Source: Bugula neritina (lineage: Eukaryota > Animalia > Bryozoa). Taken from it: 64,000 nt of DNA. Positions 1 through 9,810 of the stretch are shown piece by piece (positions within the stretch are counted from its first letter, which is position 1; each line of letters opens with the position of its first letter). The stretch lies in assembly GCA_964035545.1 (NCBI GenBank), contig OZ037767.1, forward strand, positions 15,566,998 through 15,630,997, given 5' to 3'. The translations under genes and the position numbers were made by a program. The notes under the pieces are model-generated. The model had not been told where the DNA came from and searched no databases. It saw only the letters and a program-made list of their open reading frames with translations.

Positions 1-43
1 AAGAGTTGTCTTATCTTATTATATATAGTAGGAGTTGTCATAC

Positions 44-1933
44 CATATTGGAAACTTTTTGCAGCATTAGGAGCTGACAAATCTTGGCCAGCCTGCTTGT
101 CACTGACTCTTTCTACAAAATACACAAAAGTCATGCATGCTATCGTAATGGGTAGCCTCAATGTATATATAGGAAACTTTATAAAAACATGTTAAATTAA
201 AATGTTAACAGAATGTTACATTTTTATTCATGATTACTATAATTTATTTCAACAAACCTGTAACCAGTGTTTCTTGGTTCTCAACAAATATTGAGAATGG
301 AACATCCACTAATCCAAGTCTGAGACAGTCGGAGTATCTCGATTTATCTGAAAAAAAAATACAAGTTGATCAAACAAGTAAAACCTAAAATATCCGTCAA
401 TTATCTACTTTTACCTGCTATAGGCAAAGATTACAATAAAACAAGTATACATTACCTTCATTTAGAATACGAGTCACACAGTCCTTTCCAATAAAACGTT
501 TGAGATCTTCAATAGTCATGTGATCTTCAAATGGGTAAACTATATTCTCTCCTTGAACTTTTACAGTTACTTTACAGTTTTTCACTTTACCTGCATAAAA
601 AACTCATCACATGATCACAAAGCCAACTTTAATCTTAGCGTAATTACACATCATCAATGTAACAAATAGGTATCTTTAGAGGCACACACGGAAGTAACTT
701 ACTCTTGAATGGCCCATCTGATCTGGTAGGAAGTGAAACTGCTTGGTGTACTGCTACAGTAGCAGGTATATCTTGATGTGGTGCTGCAACCGCTGGATCT
801 ATCAGAGAAGGAACTTCAGTTGACTGCGCCATGTTCTCCATTGTGTTTTCTGCTGACACATGCTCATGTGGTGCTGTAACACTTGAGAAAGCTTGGTGTG
901 GTGCCACAGTGTTAAACTGACTTAGTTGTGATGATCCTGTATCTGGCACTGGATCATGTGAAAGAGTAGTAGTTTGGTTTAGTGCTTCAAAAGTAAAGGT
1001 AATACAAATAATATAGCTATATTAAATGTTGATGATATTAAATCATACTTTCTCTCATTTAGTAGAAAGACTCAATATATGGCAGTCAATTAGCATTTGT
1101 CTATCAACTCAATGGTCATAATTACCTATATTGCAAATTTCAACATTTAAAACACTTAGAGTTTTAGTGAACTGCAAGAATCAGCTTATAGGACTAAAAG
1201 ACTACAAACTTATATAACTCACATGCAGTCCTTTGATATTTAGTTGAGGGCAAAACTGTCATAGCTGGTTCTGCAGGTCTTTTGCTGCCCGAAACTTTGT
1301 CGGTTTGCTTTTTCAAGTCAAAAACTTGAATAAACGAATCGCTTTCTTGTGCCGGGTCAATAACAGGAGAGTTTGCGCTACTTTTCAATTGCAGATCAAA
1401 TTCGTGTTCATTTTCCATTTTCCTGCTTCTGAAACCTCCTTCATGTATTTTTACTCCTGATGACACATAGTTAGGAAAGTTGGACATTAGAGATGAGGGC
1501 CATTTGAATCGAGTGTCTGCTTCTCTATGGATGTTGCTTTCATCATTCACATGCGAAAGAATTGTAGAGGTCATGTTGTTGGAAGTTGGAGGAATGAATG
1601 GAGACAAGTCCTCTGAATGGTTGAAAAATGGAGCATTCAACTGAGGAGATGGAGATGGTAAACTGACTGTGGGATTCTCTGGTCTAGGAAACCACTGTGG
1701 TGTTGACAGTGTGGGTACACTTGGCATAGAAGAAGACCCATTAGTATTGTTTAGTCGGTGGGCCTCCATGTTTGATGGAGGGAGTTGGAACCAAGATGGC
1801 TGAAGAGAAGTCAACTGTGGCGCTGTTTGTCGATACAATGGTTGTTTTAGATGTGGTGGTTGCCAGTGCTGCGAAAATATTGGTTGATGTGGAGACAAAG
1901 GATGGTGTGTCTGTTCTTTCCAGGGATCCGTCT
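44..1933 (-). CDS. Downstream exons of an ankyrin-repeat protein gene (Pro/Ser/Gln-rich linker, then a possible beta-grasp/ubiquitin-like segment); gene runs off the left edge
   Basis: GT-AG exons 1223-1933, 703-984, 456-590, 258-347 and 44-112 splice in frame, all with phase-1 junctions. They include listed ORFs 1194-1973 and 644-949 and the peptide KVTVKVQGENIVYPFEDHMTIEDLKRFIG. Confidence 0.7.
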
Positions 1934-2463
1934 CTAAAGAAATGTTAAACATGTAAAATAAAATTTCATGCATGTAAACGTGTCATTCAGCTTGTAAATG
2001 GGCAGCTATAGTTAGAATATTATGACTTCAATTGATTGATTATTATAGATAAACAGTAACATGTTACATACAATTAAACTTTTATTTCTATAGTTTAAAT
2101 ATTTATATATTCTATTTTTCAAATTCAAGAAATTTACAATTGCTTATAGTATTTATGAAGGATTATTAATTTCACTCTTTCGCATCACCTATGATATGCA
2201 GCATTCGAATTAAACTGGCAGTGCTGAATTACATATAGTTATTAGAATTTTGTTAAAATAAGGAAATAGCAACTGTGTTCAATGTGCTTATAGGTAACAA
2301 TTGATTCATCATGTGTTATCTGTGATAAAGCATAGTAAGTAATTTCCTGCCTTTATCCAATTATGGTTTATATTCATTAAAAACAATATTTTAGTTTGCT
2401 ACTTAAATCATGAAGGAAAACACCTTAGAGTAAAATAGTCTGTTTAAAAATAAGTAATTCTAC

Positions 2464-3049
2464 CTGGAACTTGACTTGTTGCATCATCTCTTTGTTCTGT
2501 AGAGGCGGTTCTCTGGAGTCCAAATATTTCATTATTTACACCAACATCTATAGGTATTCTTTCTGCATGGTTTGATATATTGAAATGTTTTAGCTGCTGC
2601 TCTGCTGTCAGCTGACTCTGCAGAAATGTGAGAATATCTGTTTGGTTAGTCTTAGCTGCTTCCTGTATCACTGTATTACCATTTCTATTCTGTATCTTGA
2701 GTAGCTCTACCTTCTGTTCTACTAATACACCATCTAGTAGACATTTGATGATGTCAGTATGACCTCTTTCTGCTGCAATGTGTATTGCTGTCTCATCCTT
2801 CCAGTTCCGTATCTTGAGTAACTCTACTTTCTGTTCTACTGATACACCATCTAGTAGACATTTGATGATGTCAGTATGTCCTCCGAATGCTGCACTGTGT
2901 ATAGCTGTCTCTTTAAGGAAATTATGAGTCTGTATCTTGAGTAGGTCTACCTTCTGTTCTACTGATACACCATCTAGCAGACATTTGATGGTGTCAGTAT
3001 ACCCTTCCTCAGCTGCCCATTGTATTGCATCACACTCCTCACATAATAG
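2464..3049 (-). CDS. Ankyrin-repeat exon, 3' part (about four 39-41-aa ankyrin repeats), interrupted by the LTR element
   Basis: Reads ..DAIQWAAEEGYTDTIKCLLDG..TAIHSAAFGGHTDIIKCLLDG..TAIHIAAERGHTDIIKCLLDG..TVIQEAAKTNQTDILTFL. Repeats are ~117-bp tandem units at DNA level; donor CAG|GT at 2464/2463. Confidence 0.85.
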
Positions 3050-4159
3050 TGTAGTAATTTGTGCAATTACTGAGCGTGAGTTATTTACTTGCGTATAGTT
3101 AGCTGGTTATTCTGCTAGCAATTACTAGGGTAGCTGTCGAGTAATTATATTTATTATCCAAGATAAAGCCTAAAACAAACATCACAGGATAGTTAAGGGC
3201 AACCTTTTAGCTGCAACTGCCTTGCTGAGGTTTGCATTGTAATCATATAAGAATTCAGTACCAGTAAAATAAAATCTCACCTAATTGTGCTAGAGTCAAA
3301 ATTCAAAAACTATGTTGTAGATCTTCTTTTTCCCCAGTGTAAATTTTTGGAAATTTCAATTTTCATTTTTTTTGCAAAGTTATAGACAAAAAACTGCCCA
3401 ATTTTGGCCAATTTTGCCAGAAAAGCTGACTTTTCAGTACCAGTAAAATATCTCAGCAGCAAAACATGATATCTGAATAAAAATTGCATTGCTGGAATCC
3501 TAAGATATTTCTCCAGTGCAACTTTTTTTTTTTTTCCAATAACTCTGCTAGATTGCTCACAAATTGGTGATTTATACACTGAAAATGTCATATTTTTTCA
3601 TAAGAAACTAGCAGCACGCAGCACTTCACGCTTCAATGAGCACGTAGGGATGAGAAGATATTGGCGCGTACATAATAATTACAGGCTTGCTAGCTGGCAG
3701 GCTATAATGAATAGCTTGCTTGGTGCTGTGTTTATGTAGCACCAATAATGGAATGTTGATAGATGACGCAGCCCTAATGAAGGTTGCTGCTTATTGGTTG
3801 TAGTTTAATCTTAGGCTAAACAATTGCAAGTAGGCAACACGCATGCCACCCGCAGAGCAATATTATTCAAGAACCTGAACTACATTTTGAGAGAAATTTA
3901 TGATATTCTTGCTGAGGATGCCCTTAACTATCCTGTGATCACATCAAATTATCCTATACATCAGTCAACTACTAACACATGTTACTACTTCAAGCCTCCG
4001 CTTACAACAACGTGATATAATGTTAATAACCCGGGAAGTGTCACGTGAATCGGAAGCATATCTTCCGGAGCTGCTAATTGGTTGCTACATAAGGGTCTAA
4101 GTATTCCAAGAGTAGAGAGAGGGCGATTCCCGTATTTGTACTTTGCACTACTCACTACA
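3050..4159 (-). repeat. 3' LTR (353 bp plus a 755-bp nested DNA element and 2-bp TSD)
   Basis: 3050-3182 and 3940-4159 match the 5' LTR; 1110-755-2 = 353 bp. Confidence 0.95.
3183..3937. mobile_element. Non-autonomous CACTA/EnSpm-like (CMC) DNA element nested in the 3' LTR
   Basis: 19-bp TIR CACAGGATAGTTAAGGGCA / TGCCCTTAACTATCCTGTG; 2-bp TSD AT; absent from the 5' LTR; no credible coding sequence. Confidence 0.85.
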
Positions 4160-4175
4160 CCGCCCCCCCCCCAGC
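4160..4175 (-). promoter_or_regulatory. Polypurine tract next to the 3' LTR
   Basis: A G-run on the minus strand (plus: ccgccccccccccagc) directly abuts the 3' LTR. Confidence 0.75.
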
Positions 4176-4457
4176 AGAAAGCCCTACTTTCTGATAACAC
4201 AATAAAAAAAAAACACATAATGAAAAACTATACAATAATCCAAAAAGAAAAACATACATAAGTAAACCCACAAAGAGTAAGAAGAGAAATAGTTGAGCAC
4301 GACAACATTTACATTAGAAGACAACAGGGTGATCGATCACACACATCTAGTCAGCTATTAAGAGAGAGGGTGCTTACCAGCACGCGGGCCAATGTCGGAG
4401 CACTCGTCACTTTCTAAACGAGTTACAGCTCAACGAAGGTGCCTACCCCAGGCATTC

Positions 4458-5153
4458 TCATTGGATGGACTCTGATTCTTGTAGGGATCGTGCTCTGTGT
4501 CGAGCCTGTCGGGCACGTAGCCGCCTCTTCAGTCGCCCCACTGAGTCCTTCAACTGGTATAGACCTGTCGTCGTATCCAGCAGGTCAGGGGCTTGTAGTC
4601 TTACAAGCCGCTCTTCTACATTAGCCAGCTGGCTAGGCCTTGGTGGGGTTGTAGTAGTCTCCGTTAGAGGGGGTATTGTTGTCTCTTCTCCTTCTGGGAT
4701 GTTGCTAGGGTTGACGGGGGTAGGAGGCGGGCCCTGAACCATAGGGGACTTATGGCGGGCGGATAACAGCAGTACGTGGAACCCTGACGCTAGTGCGGCC
4801 AGGGTGATAGCCTTCCTGATGACTGGCTTGATGGCATCCAGGTATAGGGGGAAACTGTCTTCATCAACAGTGTGGTTCTCTCCGGCGAAGCAGCTCAGCT
4901 TATGTACTGTCACGAGATACGGGTAGACGTCGTGGAACCCGCAGGGACAGAAGTGGAGTAGGAAATGGGCGTCTACATGTAAACGCAGGGAGCGGTGTGA
5001 CGGGCACTCCTCAAAGCAGACCTGGCAGGTTCGGTGTGGTCCACTGGGTCCTCAGGCTTCTTCAATTCTCCTTTCCGTCGTGGGTGACACCCAACGGTGT
5101 CGTCGACGGAGCACCACGGGTATGCCATTCTCCATTACAGGCTCTTCTTCCAT
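4458..5153 (-). CDS. Accessory ORF3 of the LTR element: C2H2-type zinc finger(s), Pro/Thr linker and basic coiled-coil tail; one in-frame TGA
   Basis: ATG at 5153 is in frame with listed ORF 4458-4913. Contains CQVC-x12-HVDAH (4965-5027), then CPC-x12-HKLSC, and tail LKDSVGRLKRRLRARQARHRAR. Single TGA at 5052-5054. Confidence 0.7.
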
Positions 5154-5520
5154 AGGCAGAGAGGTTGGCTGGTCCCGTGACCGGGAGGTGGTCACTCGAG
5201 TGTGATCTGAAAGAGTAGCAGTGTTAAAGATTATACACTGAGGTACCGTCAGCGTGTACAGCCTGACCGGTACTCTGTTCAGTTACACTCGTGAGATTCA
5301 GGCTAATGAATAGTTGATGGAGAACACACTCGCTATGACAGATTATTTAAAATCAAAGTCGACGTGTATTCCCACCACTGTTTATCATTATCAAATTTCC
5401 AGCTCGCTAGCTAGTGTAGCTAAAGCTGACTGATGCAGTCTAGTTATCGTACCAAAAACATAATTAACTCACCCTTCGATCCAGAATAGTAAGACATTTT
5501 GGAATGAGAGCGGTAAATGA

Positions 5521-7779
5521 TTACTGTTTACTGGCACGTCTACTCTCGACTGCATCGACATAGGAAAAGACCGGACAGCGTGGTTGTGAAACGTGACTAG
5601 GGCTTTTCACTTCCAGCGGATGAATCTCGTGTGAGATTCCGCCGAGGCAAAAGTTGAGATTTTCGTGGTGATCACAACTCCCACGGCTCTTTGCCTGTTT
5701 TCCCATGCGAGGCCTCTCTAGACTTTCGTTACTGCCGCTTATATCGCGGTAACGTACACAGTCTCTGAGACACGCTGGAAGTTGCCTAGTGTGTGGTCCT
5801 GGTCCTACGTTGGTATCTCCTTGCGGAGCCCCTCTCACGGGGGGTTTTTGCACTTCTGGACCTGTTTCTGGCTCCGGAAGTGGTGATGATGGCAGGCTTG
5901 ACGTTGGGGGCGGTGGGCGCACTTTCAAGGACGGAAGTGGCCTTTCTCGCCTCGCCAAGTCTTCCTGACGTGTCATGGAGGTGTTTCCGGCCAGGTTGAC
6001 AGTCTCCGCCTGCCGAGACCTTCTCGCACAATGCGTCTGCCGCCCCGCTTCACCAGGGAGACGGCTATGCTTGTTGGTCTGGCAGACTTTGCACCGTCTC
6101 ACTCTGCGTCGGATATCCCGTTCCATGTTGGGCCAGTACCACCGGAGTTGTAGCTTGGTGACCACCCCTTGGACTCCTCCGTGAGTCTCCTCGTGGGTGT
6201 CTTGTATCAACTTCCGGCGGATGGCAACTGGGCAGACAACCCTCTTCCTGGCTGGCTGTCTGCTGTTGGCGGCCAAGGTCATGGTCAGCAGATCATCTGG
6301 CCCGACCCGCAGAGAGCTCCAACGTTGACAGTACAGCCGTAACTCGGCGCATCCCTGTCGCCGTTGTGTACTACTGGGTCGTCGCCCTTCCTGTTTCGCT
6401 CGGTACACGTCGGCTACCACCCCAGGAAGGCATTCCTGGAGCTTCGGCAGCTCCCTAACGTTACCAGCCCATACAGGTTTGGCGCGGAGGCTCTGGACAG
6501 CCTCCGGGGGCGTGTCAGCCCTCTGTTGGAGTAGCTGAGCAGGGGCGGTCCTCGCCGCCCGTGGTACCTCACGGCAGCCTGCTCCATTTAGGCGGGCTCC
6601 GTGGTCTGTGTGGCGGAACGCCTCACTGTACCCATGTGACAACCTAGCCATAGCCTGGCGCTTCCCGTTGCCTGTGCAGCCACGCGTCCCTGGAGGAGGG
6701 GAGGCGTGGGTTGGGACGGTCCTCCGCCCTCGAGACGGGCTCTGCTGAGGACCTTCCGTCGTAGCTCCCGACGACGGCCCAATGGCTTCCTCCTGGACAG
6801 GATGGAAGCGACCCAGCATGGATCTGGGTGGTAGGTCTACTGTCTCTGAGAAGGGGTTGACACACTGCACTGATATCTCTCCTTGTCCCGTAAGCCGGCT
6901 AAAGCTATGGGCAAGTTGGACTCTCGAGTGCGTACTTTCGACAACTCCCAACTTAGAGGTTTGGCCACCGTCTACCTTGCAGCGGACGGTAGCCCGGGAG
7001 TGGCCTGGTATAGTACAGCTCCGTACTACCTGCACTGCTCCCGCTAGAGGACGACCAAACTTATCGACACAAGCGAGCTCCTTGTCGCCCATGATCATCG
7101 CAGATTTACTGAAATCGATGCGACAACCGTGTCGTTGTAAGAATGACATCCCGAGGATAGCATCCTCGTTGAGCTGCCCGACGATAAACGTCTCTTGGAT
7201 GGCCTGGTTACGGACGTAACCAGTTAGCTCAATAATGCCGTAGAAGGGAATGCACGACCCGTCTGCCAGGGTGCCATGATCCCCCTCATACGGTGCCAAC
7301 CCGTCCTTGACTTTAGCGCTGAGGGTGTCAAAGAACTGACGGCTAAGGAGGTTGGTGGTGCAGCCTGAGTCCAAAAGGAAGTTGGCAAGCTTGCCGGCTA
7401 GCTTTCCTGGTAGGAAGTAGCTACTTCCGTGTGGCTGCAATTGTGTGTGCCGTGGTTGCACCTCCCTCGCTGTGGGTCGAGGGGTCCACGGTTGGCGGCG
7501 ACTATTGACCAGCTGCCGAGGTTGGGGCGGTACGCCTTGCGGCGCCTGTACCATTTCCCTCGCAGGCTCTGTGGTCAACCGTCTGCCGGCTCCGTGTTGG
7601 TGCTGGAGTGGCGTAGAGGACCCAGGCGGCGAGTGGCTTGAGCCTACTTGCCGCGGGGGTCGCCACTTCACAGCATCTCCGCGCGGCGCCCAGCGGGGCG
7701 ACAGACGCGCGGGCCTCCCTGGGTGATTTACAGACGGCCCGCATGAGGTGGGAACATCTGCGGGCCGTGGTAGTTTAAC
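5521..7779 (-). CDS. pol: Internally deleted but open pol frame: aspartic protease plus integrase H2C2 finger; no RT, RNase H or integrase catalytic core
   Basis: LLDSGCTTNLL (DSG at 7363-7371) and ILGMSFLQ; H-x3-H..C-x2-C (THEETH..CKVC, 6082-6195); no YxDD or DDE core; lies in the -1 frame relative to gag. Confidence 0.85.
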   Translation of the reverse strand, partial: VKLPRPADVPTSCGPSVNHPGRPARLSPRWAPRGDAVKWRPPRQVGSSHSPPGSSTPLQHQHGAGRRLTTEPAREMVQAPQGVPPQPRQLVNSRRQPWTPRPTAREVQPRHTQLQPHGSSYFLPGKLAGKLANFLLDSGCTTNLLSRQFFDTLSAKVKDGLAPYEGDHGTLADGSCIPFYGIIELTGYVRNQAIQETFIVGQLNEDAILGMSFLQRHGCRIDFSKSAMIMGDKELACVDKFGRPLAGAVQVVRSCTIPGHSRATVRCKVDGGQTSKLGVVESTHSRVQLAHSFSRLTGQGEISVQCVNPFSETVDLPPRSMLGRFHPVQEEAIGPSSGATTEGPQQSPSRGRRTVPTHASPPPGTRGCTGNGKRQAMARLSHGYSEAFRHTDHGARLNGAGCREVPRAARTAPAQLLQQRADTPPEAVQSLRAKPVWAGNVRELPKLQECLPGVVADVYRAKQEGRRPSSTQRRQGCAELRLYCQRWSSLRVGPDDLLTMTLAANSRQPARKRVVCPVAIRRKLIQDTHEETHGGVQGVVTKLQLRWYWPNMERDIRRRVRRCKVCQTNKHSRLPGEAGRQTHCARRSRQAETVNLAGNTSMTRQEDLARRERPLPSLKVRPPPPTSSLPSSPLPEPETGPEVQKPPVRGAPQGDTNVGPGPHTRQLPACLRDCVRYRDISGSNESLERPRMGKQAKSRGSCDHHENLNFCLGGISHEIHPLEVKSPSHVSQPRCPVFSYVDAVESRRASKQ

Positions 7780-8678
7780 CCTTGTTGGAGTTGAGGGCAG
7801 TTCTTCTGGAAATGTCCTGGCCTTCCGCATCCCCAGCAGAAGTTATGCCCCATGCCTGGTGATTGTACCTGCGGCCCGCAAGGCTCACGGGCGGTATCTA
7901 CCTGGCTTGGGGGAGCTAATGTGGCGACCAGTTTATCTAGCATGTCAGTCATCTGCGCGACTTTTGATGCTAGTGACATCTGGTTCACATTAGCCACCGC
8001 GGAGGGTTCCGCGTTTGGTTCTGTATGAGCAGTAGTGTGCTCCGTGGCCACCTGGCGGGAGGCCACGCGGTTGCGGTGCATATGAGTCGCCATGAGGTAG
8101 GCTTCTCCCACCGCCAGTGCATCTTCGACCGTGGTGACTCCCCTCGCTTGGAATTGATGGTGGAGCCCCAAGTCGTTGATGGACTGCACGAAGGCATCAT
8201 AAGTATACTTCTCACGGTGTACTGGAGGCAGATCGCGGAACGCGATCTGCGCTAGTGGGTACACCGTGGCAGCGTGCTCTTCTAGCGACGTGTGAGGATC
8301 ACGCCGCATCCTTTGTAGACGGGCCCGCGCATCTATGGGAGAGATGCCAAAACGGGCCCGCAGAGAAGCAAAGATTCCGTCTATGTTAGGTCCCGCTCCG
8401 TACGGCTTAGCTTTGCCCGTCAGCGCCATCCTGAGCTTTAGCAACGCCACCCTTGGTGGCCACTCTGCAATCTCCATCACATCTTGGAATTCTTGGATAA
8501 ACTGCTCCACTGCTTCTTCGCCGGTGAAGGTGGGCGCCTTCAGCTGGTATCTGTCTTCACCATGCTCTCTAAGAATTCTCACTTCTTCATCTAACACCAC
8601 TGGTTCCACAGGTATATCAACATTATCTCTCTCACCTTCATTCAGTGGAATGGGTAGCTCCGTGCCGTCTTCTGCCAT
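7728..8678 (-). CDS. gag: Gag with CCHC zinc knuckle
   Basis: ATG at 8678; PTFTGEEAVEQFIQEF..WPPRVALLKLRMALTGKAK capsid-like region; CWGCGRPGHFQKNC knuckle. Confidence 0.92.
   Translation of the reverse strand: MAEDGTELPIPLNEGERDNVDIPVEPVVLDEEVRILREHGEDRYQLKAPTFTGEEAVEQFIQEFQDVMEIAEWPPRVALLKLRMALTGKAKPYGAGPNIDGIFASLRARFGISPIDARARLQRMRRDPHTSLEEHAATVYPLAQIAFRDLPPVHREKYTYDAFVQSINDLGLHHQFQARGVTTVEDALAVGEAYLMATHMHRNRVASRQVATEHTTAHTEPNAEPSAVANVNQMSLASKVAQMTDMLDKLVATLAPPSQVDTAREPCGPQVQSPGMGHNFCWGCGRPGHFQKNCPQLQQGLNYHGPQMFPPHAGRL
7773..7779 (-). promoter_or_regulatory. Candidate -1 ribosomal frameshift heptamer G_UUA_AAC
   Basis: gag reads TTA AAC and the -1 frame GTT AAA CTA is the pol frame; the same heptamer is at 55202-55208 in the second element. 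Confidence 0.65.
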
Positions 8679-8694
8679 GACTGCTATACGCAAG

Positions 8695-8712
8695 ATCCCA
8701 CCGCTGCCACCA
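8695..8712 (-). promoter_or_regulatory. Primer-binding site complementary to the tRNA-Leu 3' end
   Basis: Minus strand TGGTGGCAGCGGTGGGAT, 1 nt inside the 5' LTR; plus strand ATCCCACCGCTGCCACCA matches the conserved eukaryotic tRNA-Leu 3' end with CCA. Confidence 0.9.
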
Positions 8713-8713
8713 C

Positions 8714-9066
8714 TGTAGTAATTTGTGCAATTACTGAGCGTGAGTTATTTACTTGCGTATAGTTAGCTGGTTATTCTGCTAGCAATTACTAGGGTAGCTG
8801 TCGAGTAATTATATTTATTATCCACAATAAAGCATAAAACAAACATCACATCAAATTATCCTATACATCAGTCAACTACTAACACATGTTACTACTTCAA
8901 GCCTCCGCTTACAACAACATGATATAATGTTAATAACCCGGGAAGTGTCACGTGAATCGGAAGCATATTTTCCGGAGCTGCTAATTGGTTGCTACATAAG
9001 GGTCTAAGTATTCCAAGAGTAGAGAGAGGGCGATTCCCGTATTTGTACTTTGCACTACTCACTACA
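8714..9066 (-). repeat. 5' LTR (353 bp)
   Basis: TG..CA termini; direct repeat of 3050-4159 after removing the nested insertion, with about 5 substitutions counted by eye. Confidence 0.95.
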
Positions 9067-9199
9067 ATAGTCTATATCTCTCTTCTAATGATATGAAAGG
9101 AAGGCACTTCTTCAGCTCAGACAGAATATTTCCCTCTTCATCTCCACCTCTAATACTAATGAGTATTTGAGTGAACTTTAGCACTTCATTCTGATTCAT
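9067..9199 (-). CDS. Ankyrin-repeat gene, 5' part of first coding exon (ATG at 9199)
   Basis: MNQNEVLKFTQILISIRGGDEEGNILSELKKCLPFISLEERYRL continues in frame into LCEECDAIQWAA once the LTR element and one ATAG copy are removed. Confidence 0.75.
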
Positions 9200-9810
9200 T
9201 TTAACTGACCTTTTAGTTTTAGTAAGAACTCTCCATCTTTATAAGCAGCTCTTCAAATAGACTAATATGCTAGACTAGAAAACTCCACGATACACAATGA
9301 CAATGTCTATCCTCAGACTATATATAATATTAATACTAAATTATAACTTTTTTTTCATTTTAAGCTCTAAACTTTCACACGTGTATAACAGTAGTCATTA
9401 ACTTTCTGTAAATTACTAACCAGAATCTTCTCAATATGGCGTGCCTACTTGTGTAGCGCTTATCTATCAACTATAACTATAACTAGCCTGTACAATAAGC
9501 AGTTCTGTAGTACAGGGAATTCACGACGAAATAGATGGGAAATTCCATTCACTCTCGTTACTCATTTTAAATCGGCCTGTCAACAAACAATTGCATTAGG
9601 TAACGACGAGTCAAAATGGAGAATACTCATAGAAACTATTATAATTAATGGAATAAGACAACACAACTCATATTACTCAGCCTGTTGCATTCTGTAAATA
9701 ATATGGCCTGACGCATCTGATGTTGTACTAACTACCAGGCAGTGGTTGTAGACAGTCATGCTATACAAAATTATAACATGCTTACATAAGCTGTTCATAA
9801 TATAAAACTT

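Larger units (their letters stand above)
3050..9066 (-). mobile_element. Non-autonomous Ty3/Gypsy-type LTR retrotransposon with both LTRs
   Basis: TGTAG..CTACA LTRs at 3050-4159 and 8714-9066; 4-bp TSD ATAG (3046-3049, 9067-9070); PBS, PPT, gag, protease and integrase H2C2 present. Confidence 0.95.

Noticed and set aside
4458-5153. ORF3 as a retroviral env
   Set aside because: No signal peptide, fusion peptide or C-terminal transmembrane anchor; it has zinc-finger spacing and a basic tail instead.
8695-8712. tRNA-Leu gene fragment
   Set aside because: Only 18 nt including CCA, next to an LTR: a primer-binding site.
4439-8718. Many plus-strand and alternative-frame ORFs over the LTR element (likewise 54677-56190)
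   Set aside because: Shadow ORFs of GC-rich gag/pol sequence with no motifs.
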